Assembly (NCBI RefSeq): GCF_006345805.1
Contig: NC_043007.1
Location: 55,056,001 to 55,120,000 of the forward strand
DNA: 64,000 nt
From: Octopus sinensis
Taxonomy: Eukaryota
Direction: 5' to 3'
This document shows, piece by piece, positions 14,120 through 27,908 of this stretch. A program made the position numbers and the translations under genes. The notes under the pieces are model-generated. The model was not told the DNA's origin. It worked only from the letters and a program-made list of their open reading frames with translations, and made no database searches. The first letter of the stretch is position 1, and every line of letters begins with the position of its first letter.

Positions 14120-14560
14120 ACATACATACACACAGTCTGGAACTGGATAATAAAAAGGAAAATATCTACAAACCAAGTTGAGATCGATAGGTCAAAAGAA
14201 TATTGATGGAACTTAAAAATTTCAACAGCCACCATGTTAAAACACTACCGGCTAGATATCGTTGTGTGGATCCACAAAGAAAAGATATGTTCTGTTGTGG
14301 AAATCATCTGCCATCTGGGCACAAATGTGGCTTGTAAAATACAAAAGAAAGAGGACATCTATGGACCGTTGATAAGGAGTTTGCAAATCCAGTCCCCAAG
14401 ATACACTTTCAACTTCATACCTATTATTGAAGCAACAGGATACGTACCGATTTGTCTGGAGCAAAGTATGGTTGAACTTGGAATCTTGGGGAGAAAAGGC
14501 AAATCCTTAATTCATATGGTATTAAAGGTCGCGAATATCTGGGACTATAAAAATCTGTAA
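14120..14560 (+). mobile_element. 3' fragment of a restriction-like-endonuclease LINE
   Basis: RLDIVVW..K.C.VVEI.C..NV..K..K...Y..L..IPII.ATGYVP, PD-(D/E)xK-type. Confidence 0.65.
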
Positions 14561-15296
14561 GACCTCCATAAGATTTAAAGAATGATGGTAAAAAGAAATA
14601 TTTCCTTCAAAACCTTGCTATCAAACAGATGGCCGGTCAAAATTTGTTGTAAATTAAGAAGAGAAAGAGAACAACGTACATATATACATGCATGCATGCA
14701 TAAATACATACACACATACATACATACATACACAAACGGTGTTCACACATTAAATGATACTCCTTATTAATGAACTTCAAGCCACCGACAGCTTACAACT
14801 CGGATATAATCACCCTAGGACTCAGTGTCCCTCACACAAAGACAGGGAATGTAATCCCTACCGCCTATGTTACACTAAATCCCAAAGATATTCGTCATGC
14901 AACCTCAATTGTAACCCAACATCATCAAAGTTAATTACTCCTACGTAAAGGCTGCCGTCATTTATATGTTCATACTCCAGTGAACAACTGAGCTACTGAC
15001 TCGCGCCAAATCTCACCCCACCATATACGGTGCCCAGTACAAAGAACTGATGACGTTGCAACCTGTCGCCAAATTGGCACCAGTCCCCTGCCAACATCCT
15101 GCCCAAACACATGGGACCGAAAATAAATAAAGTTGTTGGTGTTGCTTTGATAGCATTAATAACACGTGACATATCAGGCTAGTAGCGAAAATGAGAAGCC
15201 ATCTTGTATTTCTCAAAACCTCCACTCTGCTTCTTACGTCTGATGAGATGGAAGTATTCTACGCGCTCACAAACGTTAAGTCATGCATTTTGTTCA

Positions 15297-15329
<33 letters not shown>

Positions 15330-15338
15330 GTCTGTCTG

Positions 15339-15404
<66 letters not shown>

Positions 15405-15532
15405 CTCTTTCTTTCCATTTACGATCCCTTTTGATCGAAAACCAAACCCCCTTCTTTTACCGCCAAAAGAAAAGCTCTACCTTGTAATTTTGTCCTGTCT
15501 GTGTGCAGCCCTGTGTGGCTAATAAAGAAACA
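15405..15532 (+). mobile_element. 5'-truncated 3'-UTR stub of a Tx1-family LINE within (TATC)n
   Basis: Shares CCCTTTTGATCG, AAAAGAAAAGCTCTAC and CAGCCCTGTGTGGCTAATAAA with 21725-21840. Confidence 0.8.
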
Positions 15533-15650
<118 letters not shown>

Positions 15651-15970
15651 CGGACGTGCTGTCACTTCGGCTCCGAAGGTAATCGTTTATTTTGACTATT
15701 TATAGCCCATATTTTGTGTACATTTTTGTAAATAAGGTGTGTAAGGCACCCAACTTTCGTTTGAGTGCTTTTCCAATGGAGGAATTCGCCCATAGGGGCA
15801 GTTTCAACCCTATTTAATTTGTGTAATTTTCTTCTCGACATTTTCAAAATGTCGAGAAATTGTATTGTAGAACGCTGGTCGCGTTCCTTTATCGACCAAC
15901 ATTTTCCTAGTCTGGAAACGCTAGGAGAAGAAAAAAGAACTCATGCACGCAAAGTGCAAACCTGAATGAC

Positions 15971-18089
15971 GTGGTAGTGAACGCTGCAACCACTGTCACC
16001 ACCACCACTAACGCTGCCAGCACTGTCACTACCACCACTAACAACAACAACAACGAGACTACTACTGCTACCACCACCGCCTCCACCACCACCGCCACCG
16101 CCACCTCATCCACTACCTCAACTACCACCACCAACAACAACAATAACAATGACAACAAGAATAACAACAATTGCGCCACCATTTCGACATCTGCTGCCAC
16201 GGCTGTCTCTTCTGCCACTGACACCACCGCCAACACCAACAACAAAAACAACAATAACAACAACAACAATTCCGTTCAGACCTTGTTTCCTCCAACAACA
16301 AGAACTGAAGGGAATAAACAAAAGACTGTGACCACCAAACAAATTGACAAAAGCTGCTCGAACACAGGGACAAACTATGCAAGTAATTTTCCACCCCTTC
16401 CTACTTGCACAATCAAACCAAATACAACGATTTTACCAACTGCAGCCAACAACAACATCACCACCAGCAACAACAATAACAAAACAACAACAAATTTCGC
16501 CGAGGCGATAAAAGAAAAAAAGACAACAGTATATTTTACTGCACAGCAGATAAAAGATACGAAAATTTTAATAACGGAAGTAGATGGTATAGTAAAAATA
16601 AACATACCACAAGAAATATTAGAAAATGAAAAAAAAAGAACTATTATATATAAAATAATTAATAAGAAAACAAAAAGTCCAGAGAAGGTTAACACAAGCA
16701 AAATCGAAAAATGCTTGAAACCCATCTGGAACTACAAAGAGTATGTGACCTGGTGGAACAAGTTCGCACACATACAAGTGGTCTTCCACACTGAAGAGTT
16801 AGCAAAACGTTTCTCAACGCTAACTCTTCATTCAGATGAACTAACATTAATACCAAGCTATCGTGGACAGAAAGTGACTAAGATCACTTTAAACAATGTC
16901 CCAAAAATAGCAGACAATCTATGGCTAGTAAAGGCCTTATGTGTGAAAATGGAAGATTTCACAATTTTAGAAACTACGGTCACGGAACACAAAAACTGGG
17001 TGGGAAAAAGAGTAGAATTTCTACTACACATAAACCAAGATGACATAAAGAAAATACCCACCCAGATATGTGTATCAGAAGACCACAAGTTGTATGTGGT
17101 CGTCGATGGCAGAAGACCACGTTGCTACATATGCGGCAGTGAGCAACACCTAAAAAAGATTGCAAATATGCTGCAAGAAAACAACAGCAACAACAACAGC
17201 AGCCGGAAAAAACAAAAAAGCCAGCTTTACTACCCACACCACAATTTGTACAAACAGGACTAATCACAGAAAATCAAAAAAAAAAAAACAAACTTCACCA
17301 ACCAAACAACACCACCAACTGCACCAAGAACAGAAGCAACACCAACAACAACAACCAAGAATAAACCAACTCCCAAACCAAGGACATCTGCCAAAAAGAC
17401 ACTCATCGAAAATGAAGAAACAATTACTACTCCAAATCCCCACAAAATTGACACCCCAAACAACACAACAATACCTACAATCACTCAAACACAAAATACC
17501 CACACCCCACCTCCAAAACCGCATACACCACAACCTAACGCTCACCAACCAACACCAACAACAAAATCAACACAGTCTACAATAGACCCCAATATTTTCC
17601 CCCTCCCAAGCTCTGATTCCTCTGATTTGTCATTAGACGAAGAAGACACAGAAGATTGGCAAATAGCCACAGGGGGGAGAAGAAAAAAGGAAAAAAAAGA
17701 AAAGAAAAGATAACAAACAAAGCAGGAAGATTCACCACTCCCGAAACAAAAACATCCACAGAAAACAAACACATCAACACAAACACACCATCATCAAACC
17801 CCCAACAATGTTGACAGCCATAAACACAAACAACCACGACCTAATGGAACACATTAGGTCAAACACCAACATAACTGAAAACGACATAAAAACAAATAAC
17901 CACCCACGCACAACACCACCACAACACATTAAAATAATACACGTAACACAGAACACATACAGCACCCTGAAATCTCTTTACCCTGATGCAGTAGGGAGAT
18001 TTCAAAAATATTCATCAAAGAAACTATATAAAAACCTCATGGAAGAAGACTGTGAGGTGAAAAACAAAGGACTTTCGGACAACAAGTAA
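15971..18089 (+). CDS. Tx1 ORF1 (T/N-rich N-terminus, CCHC knuckle), frameshifted in A-runs
   Basis: RPRCYICGSEQHLKK(DC) is split by a one-base loss in the A-run at about 17152; ORF end inferred. Confidence 0.7.
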
Positions 18090-18157
18090 CCTTTTCTCTC
18101 TCTCTTTCCTTTTTTGCACTTTCTCTTCGTGTGTAAAACACAATTTTTTATCGGAAC

Positions 18158-21100
18158 ATGCTCAGAATAGGCAGTATAAATGTACGTGGCTTGGGGTCGC
18201 CTTGGAAACAAGGCTACCTGTTAAATGATATCAAGTCACTAAATCTGAATATCATAGCCATCAGTGAGACCAGACTCCACAGCTCGCGGGCACTCCAGCA
18301 CATGTTCGGTACACATTTCAACATTTATTTTTCTCCGTGTCTACCGAGAATGGGCGGAGGTGGCACCGCGGTGCTTCTCCGGAAGAGTCTGGATCTCAAA
18401 GTAAGAGCAATTTTCCTAGACCCGGAGGGTAGGCTGGTCGTTTTGGATGTCGATGGCAGCAATGAGTGTGCTTTTCGACTGATAACAGTTTATGCTCCGT
18501 CCTTAACAGGCCGACCAGATTTCTTTCGACGTCTAGAGTCTTTCATGGGAACGTCTCGTCCTTTACTTTTAGTGGGGGATTGGAATGCCACCCTGGACAC
18601 GCATCTAGACTACGTGGGCAGAGATAGCAACAGAAGGGGATGCAAATGCCCCAAAGACCTGCTCAGACGTTTCCAACTGTCTGACAGGTACCGACTGGAC
18701 CACCCGAATGTGCCAATGTGGACATGGAGTAACCGCATCGGGTCGTCCAGATCATACTTAGATAGAGTATTCTGTAGGACAATAGATAAAAATAGTATAG
18801 GTTGTCCACAATTTCATATAGTCAGTTACACAGATCACAAGTTTGTGACTTGTACACTTGACTTAGATAAGACACATAGGCAGGGTCCTGGTTACTGGAA
18901 ACTGAACGCGTCTTTTACAGCACGACAGGTTTACAGGGACCGGATCAGCACATTAGTTAAGAGAGCTTTGACGGGTACCATCATCAACAACAGATGGTGG
19001 TATGCCCTAAAAAAAGCAATTAAAGCAGAATCAGTCAGATACAGTAAAGCCCTAGCATTAGACCGAAATAGTATAGAGGGAGAATTAGTTAAGGTTTTAG
19101 AAGAGGCACTTAGAACTGGCATCGCGTCCAACGTGCTGGCGGCGAGATTGGCCCTCGACCAACACCTCAACGCCAAACACGAGGGATGCGTTGTCAGAGC
19201 TAGGATGCGTGCTCTGAGGAACGAAGGAGTTGGAGCCGCCCAAGAGGCCCGAGTGGTGGAGACGCAACGAGGCAACAGAGCCACCATCAAGTCTCTTATA
19301 GATGAACAGGGGCGCGAATTGCTCGAGCCTAAAAGGATGTGTGGGGCTTTTCAACAACACTTCACCCAACTGTTTGGGACAAGTGGTGGGTCAGAACGCA
19401 GAGTGGACTTTAGTGCCTACCTGCATGCCTTGCCACGACTCTCAGCAAGAGAGGTGGAGTCTTGTGAAAGGTCTATCACAGCTGCGGACGTACAGGATGC
19501 GATGGAGGGCTGCGCGAGAGAAAGTCACCAGGCTTGGATGGTCTGCCCTACGAACTTTATTGTCATATGCCAGACTTGTTTGGAGGCGTCTTGGCAGCTG
19601 TCTACTGCAACTGGCAGCAAAACGGGAGTATTCCTGCTTTTGTAAAGCGAGGAGCAGAGGCACTGATTAAGAAAGACCCAAACAAGGGGGACGTCATAGA
19701 TAATTTCAGGCCCATCACTCTGCTCAACGCAGATTTGAAAATTTTGGCCAAGGTATTAGCCGAGAGGTTGGCGCTTGTCATCAAGAAACTAATCGACAAG
19801 GCGCAAACATGTGCCGTGCCGGGTAGAAGTATTCATGACAACCTCCATCTGATGCGCTACATCATAGACAGGGTAGTTAAGAATCCTGGCATAGGTGGGG
19901 TGCTGATCAATTTGGATCAATCAAAAGTAGACCATCACTACTTGGAGGCTGTCCTTAAAGCGGCTGGTTTCGGTCCAGTTTTCCGCGGTTGGATCGCTGC
20001 CTTATACAGCGGCATCCGCTCAGTAGTTCGCGTAAATGGTCATCTATCCAGACCTTTTAACATCATGCTTTCGGTTCGTCAGGGATGCCCCCTCTCATCG
20101 CTGGTGTATGTATTGACTCTTGAGCCACTACTGCGGAAACTGGCGACGCTGAGGGGTGTCCCACGAGAGCTGGGATGCGGGAGGAGCGTGTCTGCATACG
20201 CGGATGACGTCACCGTCATAGTGTCGAGCTACGAGCACATCGAGCTGGTCGGCGAGACACTAAAAGAATACGAAGCGGTAACGGGAGCAAAAATTAACCG
20301 GGAAAAGTCAGTGGGCTTGCGGCTCGGCACCTGGAGAAGCAGGCCCATGCTGTCCAACAGCGTCTCCATCGTGGGACGCTGGACGGACGGACCGGTTAAA
20401 TTGCTCGGGGTCTGGTTCGGTCCGGACCTCCAAATGGAGAAGAACTGGGGCGAGATAACGACTAGGGTGGCTACTCTCACCCAGAAATGGGCTGAGAGAA
20501 AGCTATCCCTAAAAGGTCGGGCGGAGGTGGCGAACGCGTACATCGCATCCGTCATCGAGTATCGTCTGACCGTCGTGCCTTGTCCCGACCCTACCATCAC
20601 CAAACTGGAACGTATACTCTTCCGCTTCCTGTGGAAGGGAAACGTTCCGATGGTTAGGCGATCCATTTGCTGTCAACACCCGCTAAATGGAGGGCTGGGC
20701 ATGCCGTGGCTGATGATGCGCAGACATGCGCTGAGACTGCGACATCTCTGGTGCTTCATAGACGACGGTGAACAGGTGTGGTCGCTTTTTGTGCGGCGCG
20801 CTTTCCCGCAGCTCGTCTCCTTGGACGAACTACAGTCATGGATCAAGCAGAGACCGAGGCTAGGCGAATGGCACCGCGAGTGTCGCGTTGCTCTCAAGCA
20901 ACTCTGCCGTCCGGGATCAAACTTGTGCGACTCCATCACAACAAAGGCATTCTATAGAGGATTAGTGGAGGGGAGGTGCGACGACGAACTCGGGCAGAGT
21001 CTGGGCGTCGACGAGGAACACCTGACCCGCCTGTTCAGGACAACTTTCGGGCCGGGACCTATGAACAATCACCAAAGATCCCTGGCCTGGCTGTGCTATC

Positions 21101-21582
21101 GAGAAGCATTACCTGTTCGGGATAAGCTCTACAGACACGGTTCCAGACACACTGGACCGACTTGCCCGAGATGCGGTCAGAGCGACGAAACCGTTCTGCA
21201 CGCACTCGTGCAATGTCCAACCATTTCAGACCTATGGGCTTATGCCGAACGGCTGCTGTCACGTGTGGGACGAATCCGCCTATCGGCCGAGTCTATCATG
21301 AGAATTGCTCCGCCCCCTTCCCTCAACCGGGAAAGCAAGGCAGTTTTCATCGTACTGGTGGCCATGGTGAAAGAATGTGTGTGGTGGACCCGAGCGAAAG
21401 GATTAGAGACAAACACTTACCTCTCTGGCCAATCGCTCATCAACTTTTTCAAGTACCATTTGAAAAGGAAGGTGAGAATGGAGAGGGAAGTTTTGTCTCG
21501 CGAAAGATTCAAAAAAAGATGGGTGAATGTTGCAAAGATGGTGCGTGCGAGTGACGAAACCATTTTGAGCATGACCCTGTAA
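18158..21582 (+). CDS. Tx1 ORF2: APE endonuclease, RT and C-terminal zinc finger; one frameshift near 19530
   Basis: GSINVRGL, ISETRL, GDWNA, YLDRVF, TDHK; FRPITLLN, RQGCPLS, YADD; CPRCGQSDETVLHALVQC. Confidence 0.9.
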
Positions 21583-21866
21583 ATCGTAAAAAAGTAAGAG
21601 GCTTTTTGTAGGCTTTTCTTCTGTAGGCTCTTCTTCCCACGGATGAACCCAATCTTGTTTTATCAATGTTTTTATCAATGTTTCTGTGATACACGATTTC
21701 TTTCCTCTTTTTTTTTTTTCTCTCGTTCCCTTTTGATCGCAATCTGACATTTATTTCCTTTTTTCCACCCTCGAAAAGAAAAGCTCTACATTTGTATTTG
21801 TCCCCCCTGTATTCAGCCCTGTGTGGCTAATAAAAGAAAGTTATCTATCTTGTACATAATAGAAGT

Positions 21867-22236
21867 GGAAGCACTCCGTCGGTTACGACGATGAGGGTTC
21901 CGGTTGATCCGAATCAACGGAACGGCCTGCTCGTGAAATTAACGTGTAAGTGGCTGAGCACTCCACAGGCACGTGTACCCTTAACGTAGTTCTCGGGGAT
22001 ATTCAGCGTGACACAGAGAGTGACAAGGCCGGCCCTTTGAAATACAAGGTACAACAGAAACAGGAAGTAAGAGTGAGAGAAAGAGTACAGCAGGGATCAC
22101 CACCATCCCCTGCCGGAGCCTCGTGGAGCTTTAGGTGTTTTCGCTCAATAAACACTCACAACGCCCGGTCTGGGAATCGAAACCGCGATCCTATGACCGC
22201 GAGTCCGCTGCCCTAACCACTGGGCCATTGCGCCTC
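21867..22236 (-). mobile_element. tRNA(Arg)-like SINE with 13-bp TSD
   Basis: TSD ACATAATAGAAGT at 21854-21866 and 22237-22249; head GCGCAATGGCCCAGTGGTTAGGGCAGCGGACTCG..GGTTTCGATTCC. Confidence 0.9.
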
Positions 22237-22886
22237 ACATAATAGAAGTAAGATGGCGAAGAATGAATATAGCAGGACTTGATTATTACTCACAATTGTT
22301 TCAGTACCCCTCCGTTTCTAACCCCACTATACCTAATTGGTTCCACATGAAAAGTTAGGCAATATGTGTGGCTGATTATATCAGAGTATATCATTATATT
22401 AACATCAAGTCGTGCGTATTTTCACTCTCTCGCGCGCGCACACGCTCACACAAATACAACAACACAAATAAAATCTAACGAAGTAAGCTTGGCTTACACA
22501 GCTGCCAGTTTATGTCACACACACGAAATCCCCATCTCTTATGATCTTTATCCTTTCTTTGTCTACTTACATTTTCTTGGTAGAATTCTTTCATTTTGTT
22601 CATGCCAAAAACTTTGCATCGCAAATTAGCGACATGCTCAGCTTATGTACGTAGATATTTGATAAATACATCGATAGGCTAATAAGATATATTAGCATGC
22701 ATACATAGATACATATACGCATACATATATGCACAATGTGCACGCTGTTTGTACTGTATATATATATATATATATATATGCAGTGATATAATATATGCAT
22801 ATGTACATACATACTCAGATACATAAAAACAAACATATATGCACAATGTCCTCACATATACGCTTATATGCGTATATATATGTATA

Positions 22887-23189
22887 TCACGTGATCACGT
22901 GACCGACCAGACCATCAGATGTTGTTACACATCGCTGGTCACAATGCGTTTGCATTGTTTTAGCCTTCGAATGACGCCACCCCGCTGGCTAAGCTAGCAG
23001 GCCAACAGACGAAAGAGTGAGAGAAAGAGTGGTGAAAGGGTACAGCAGGGATCACCCCCCCCTGCCGGAGCGTCGTGGAGCTTTTAGGTGTTTTCGCTCA
23101 ATAAACACACACAACGCCCGGTCTGGGAATCGAAACCGCGATCCTACGACCGCGAGTCCGCTGCCCTAACCACTGGGCCATTGCGCCTC
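22887..23189 (-). mobile_element. tRNA(Arg)-like SINE with the same head as 21867 but a different 3' body
   Basis: About 150-190 bp shared 5' part, unrelated tail. Confidence 0.85.
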
Positions 23190-23400
<211 letters not shown>

Positions 23401-23557
23401 TATCTATCTAGCTATATGTGTATATATCTACATGGATATACATACATACATATATATATATATAGAGAGAGAGTTCACGAAAAAAAACAAAAGACGAAGA
23501 CAGGTGGTGTACAAAACAAACAGATGTATTAGTATAACGCTCAGGAATAGAAAAAGT

Positions 23558-23593
23558 CTTTTACGTTTCGAGCCTACGCTCTTCTACAGAAAG
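23558..23593 (-). ncRNA. Candidate minimal hammerhead, A6U variant with extra A
   Basis: CTTT-CTGTAGA-A-GAGC-GTAG-GCTC-GAAA-CG-TA-AAAG. Confidence 0.5.
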
Positions 23594-23929
23594 GGACACA
23601 GAGAAAACAAGGAGAGAAACAAAGAAAGAAAAAAAATGTGTGTAGTGGCTAACGATCTATCATATACATATATACATACACACATACATATGAGTGAACA
23701 CACGCATTTATATGTATATAATCATGTAGAAATTAAGTGAGGTCACACACCCATATATGTGTATACATGTACGTACGCACACGCATACACACATGCAGGA
23801 GTAGATATGTCAATAAACAACAACTGGAACCGGACTGTTGTAGTTATGAGTAAATGGAAGGACCTACAAGAATATTGAAAAAAACGGAAATAAAAAGGAA
23901 TAAGAGGTGAGAAAATGAAGATTAAATAG

Positions 23930-24400
23930 AAGCAAAAGAAGATGACGAAGAAGAAGAAGATATTGATGATGATGATGTTGGTGGTGGTTGTAGTGATAGT
24001 GGTGATGATGACGATGATGAAGAAGCAGAATAAGAAAAAGAGGAGGGAGAACATGAAGTAAAAGAAGCATAAGAAAGACAAGATGATGATGATGATGATA
24101 CCGATGAAAAAAAGAAGTAGAAGTGGGGTTGGAAAAGATGAGAAGAATAAGAAGCAGAAGGAGAAAAAGAAAGAGAGAAATAGTAGGAGAGGAATGATAA
24201 AGAATGTGAAGAATAAGGAAGAGAAGGAGAAGAGAAAAATATAAAGTAAAAGAAAGAAAAGCGGAAAAAGAAAATGAGATAGGAGAAAAAAAGATGACTA
24301 GAAAGAAGATGGAGAAGAAAAAATAAGAAGAGAAGCAGGAAAAATAGAAGAATAGTTGTAATAAGAAAACAATGAAGGATGAGAAGAAAAACTACGTTCG
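23930..24400. repeat. Purine-rich low-complexity tract (GAA/GAT/GGA)
   Basis: Composition. Confidence 0.8.
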
Positions 24401-24809
24401 AAGGTGGCAATGTTCAGATTTATATTATGGAAGAATGTAGAGGATGACGGCAACATTGAGCGCTTGTTACTTCTCTCGTCAAATAGAAACAGAATATTTT
24501 CCTTTATCAGTGAATAATACGAAAGCAGATATTGTCAACCAGGAATTACATTGCTGGCATCATGTATGTATGTATGTATGTATATATGTATGTAAGTCAA
24601 GATATCAATATAGATATCTATATGTATATATCTGTGTAGGTGAATCTGTGTATGTAAATTTTTTATCTTTTACTTTTTACTGGTTTCTGTCAGAAGTTGA
24701 GGACATGCTGGAGCAACTGCCTTTCAGTGTGTTTGGGTTTCTTTTCTGCGCTGTTACTGGTAATAACGAGGTGGATGGAGCTCCTCTTCTATGTGCTTCC
24801 TAAAGCGAT

Positions 24810-25345
24810 GTGTATTCATTTGGTACCTTAAATAAAAATACGTTCATACGCTCTTTGAAGAATTCGCAAATCTTTGAGGATGGCTGGCAGAATGTTGAAC
24901 AGTTGTGGACCCCTGAAACTCAAGCTGTTATAGTACTGGCTCTTTATTCTAGATGAAAACGGGATCTTTAGTAAGTTGCAGTGCCGTCCAGTTCCCTTCT
25001 CGGTCGCTCATCTGTTTCACCAAGTCTTTGTGTATTGGCGCTGGATTTTTGTGTATTGGCTAGAGGTCATTGTGCATTGGCCACTAGTTCCACTATCAAC
25101 TTGACGCTCTGCGGTGATCAGTAATCCAGACAATTGAAAACGAGAGTTCTCCATAGGTGTAGCATGGAGTCCATCCAGCTACGCAGCTGCACAGCGGTAC
25201 CATCTTGGTAACATGCACATGGAATGTTGCCTTATTACTAACGTGGATTCCCAGATCCCACATCGACACTGACTCTGAGATTGTACTACCTCTTGGTCCT
25301 GTGTATTCCGACTGCAAACTTTTTATAGGCTGACATTTAAATGTC
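24810..25345 (-). mobile_element. CR1/L2-type RT C-terminal remnant
   Basis: ISESVSMWDLGIHVSNKATFHVHV, resembling the DLGV..DDLSWSAHI motif at 32970. Confidence 0.55.
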
Positions 25346-25439
25346 CATATGTAATTTACATCATCATCATTACCATCACCATCACCATCATCATCATCAT
25401 CATTATCACCACCACCACCTCCACCACTATCATCATCAT

Positions 25440-25760
25440 CATCATCGTCAATTAATGTCCGTCTTCCATGCTGGCATAGATTGGATTGTATGACAGGAGC
25501 CGGCCAAGTAGAAGACTACACCAGGATACTGTGTTTTGGTTTGATTTTTACGGCTTGATGCCCTTCTTAATACTGACCACCCTGTAGAGTGGACTGAGTG
25601 TTTTTTATGCGTCACCAGCACAGGTGAGGTTAATCTTGGGATGGTTTTTACAGCTGGATGCTCTTCCAAATGCCAATCACTTTACAGCGTGGACCGGATG
25701 CTTTTTAAGTGGCACCAGCACCGACAGAGTCACCAAGTAACTTGCAATACAAGGAATTTT
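25440..25760 (-). mobile_element. RTE-related modular repeat with (GAT)n tail
   Basis: Repeated TTTTACRGCTKGATG modules; paralog at 62360-62700. Confidence 0.55.
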
Positions 25761-25839
25761 GAGAGGGGAGGGGGAATTAAATGTGTTGATCTCTGTGATG
25801 AAAGATTAGCGTGATAGAGGAGGGACAGAAAGGCAGAAG

Positions 25840-25891
<52 letters not shown>

Positions 25892-26297
25892 TACACATAT
25901 ATATATATTTCATAAATAGGGAGGGCTCTTATGAGCTAACCCTGAAATCGGTCCGATATGGTAATAATGGAATTTTTTAGAAATTTCTGTCGATTTTTTT
26001 TCGAGTAGCGTGCATATTGTGAAAAAATTATATGGTTAATGGACAATATGTCCAATTTTTCGGCATATTTTGCATTAGAAATTTTTTCGTTTGCCCTTAT
26101 TTATGAATTATATAAATTTAACCTTTAAAGGTATTTTTTAATATGCTGGCCATTGATAAAATTTTTTTCGAAAAAGAAAAAATGTTATCCTACATTAGAT
26201 ACATATATATATGTATATATTTCTCCCTTTATATATACATACATTATATATATATGTATATAATATATGTATATATGTATATATGTATATATATATG

Positions 26298-26959
26298 TAT
26301 ATAATGTAATAATTTGAATTCGCCTTAAATGGTCCCTTTGCATACTGAATACTTGGTGAAATTGATTAATTAATTAATTTTACCCTCAATTGTTGAAATT
26401 ATAATTCATCTCTCTCTATATAATGCCTCGGATTTTACCGAAAAAAGCATAGTGTTTACTGATTTTAACCCACGCTGGTGGAAAGGGGAGAGCAGAAATT
26501 CTTCGCTTGCATTTTTGAATTTGCTGGCACTGTTAGTTTCGAGCAGATCTTCAGAAGCGATAAGAAGCCGAAAGGGTATGCTCCCACTTACAGTGTTTTC
26601 AAATCCAAACCAGGGAGTTCTGAGCTGATGATAGAAATGTCGAGTTTGACTAATCTTGAAACGTACGTTCTCAAATAACCTTTGCATTTGATTTTTTAAT
26701 GTCTCTACCCCCATACTTTCGTGAGTTGAATTGAGCAAACACTATATGAGAGAGGTTTTCTTTAAGTATTAGAAATAGTTTTAAAAAAGTTTTTTTAGCT
26801 GCTATTTCTAATGAGTTCAGTATGCGGCAAAGTAATTTATTTTACTAAGCCCTTTTATATAATGTAATAATTTGAATTCGCCTTAAATGGTCCCTTTGCA
26901 TACTGAATACTTGGTGAAATTGATTAATTAATTAATTTTACCCTCAATTGTTGAAATTA

Positions 26960-26961
<2 letters not shown>
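26298..26961 (+). mobile_element. 558-bp HHR-bearing unit with 106-bp terminal direct repeat (PLE pseudo-LTR or retrozyme-like)
   Basis: 26298-26403 repeats at 26856-26961; a related inverted piece lies at 49834-50088. Confidence 0.75.
26621..26673 (+). ncRNA. Type I hammerhead motif
   Basis: TGAG-CTGATGA-(AGA..GTC/GAC..TCT)-GAAA; palindrome ACGTACGT; GUU site; CTCA. Confidence 0.7.
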
Positions 26962-27025
<64 letters not shown>

Positions 27026-27399
27026 GATATACGTATATATATTATATATATATATATAATGTATGTATATATAAAGAGAGAGAGAGAGGAAGAGAGGAGA
27101 GAGACGTGGATGGAGAGAAGTATAAAGAGAAGAAAGATGTAGATGATACTTATTTTCTTTAACATATCTTAAGTACCCCTTTTTGAAAATATGTATTATA
27201 GTACTGAATAAAAAAGGCAAAACCAATGTTAGTTTTAATTATTCTATTCAGAATGTCAAGCATAAATAATTAACCATGGAATTTTATTTTTTCTTAGCAT
27301 TGTTGTAAACCTCACAATTTTTATTTATTTATTTTGGTCATTGAATCTGAAGATAAGAGGCGTCTGTTCTCTACAATTAACACCAAACAACACATAATT

Positions 27400-27680
27400 A
27401 TTATGCAGTTTTTCCACATAGCTTATTGCTGCTTTCTCAGAATCGGTAGAGTGTTTGAGGAATGCTTTGTGGAACATTGTTATATCACTTTATATTGACC
27501 ATTCCAATTACCTCTCCGACAAGCGGCTTCAAATATCTGAAAAATAAGATAAAAACTATATCGAACCTTATGTATATAGAAAACATATCGATCAAGAGAT
27601 CACACAAAATCGAATATAATAAGTATTTATTGTACATTTCAGAATTCTTGAAAGTCAGTTTATTACTTATCAATGCCACG
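27400..27680 (+). mobile_element. hAT transposase dimerization-domain remnant
   Basis: LTIPITSPTS..F..LK..IK..M..SI..I.Y pattern. Confidence 0.45.
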
Positions 27681-27864
27681 AATCAAACAATGTAAGGCTT
27701 CGTGAATGCTCACGATTTCGTGAATGTTGCAAGCAAGCACCGAATGTTTGGTCGTTTTGTATATATGGAGAAACTCAGTTCTATATTTAAGAGATGAGGA
27801 ATTATGTACATTATTTACATTACTTGCATTCGACGGATATTTGTCCTTATCTTGTTTGTTGTTA

Positions 27865-27908
27865 ACACAACATTTCGGTTGATATATCCTCCAGCCTTCT
27901 TCAGGTGT
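27865..27908 (-). ncRNA. Minimal hammerhead motif in an (AAT/AAC)n-associated repeat (27800-27960)
   Basis: ACAC-CTGAAGA-A-GGCTG..CAACC-GAAA-TG-TT-GTGT. Confidence 0.6.

Larger units (their letters stand above)
15651..21840 (+). mobile_element. Full-length Tx1/L1-clade non-LTR retrotransposon
   Basis: 5' UTR, ORF1, ORF2, 3' UTR ending AATAAAAGAAAG; TATC on both flanks. Confidence 0.9.

Noticed and set aside
15235-15285. CTGATGA...CTC-ACAAACGTT
   Set aside because: GAAA missing and stem I not recoverable
25938-25960. CTAACCCT as a possible piggyBac end
   Set aside because: No TTAA and no partner TIR found
26406-26738. 110-aa minus-strand ORF and a CTGAAGA..GAAA motif at about 26540
   Set aside because: Antisense to the HHR repeat; the motif cannot form stem II or an NUH site
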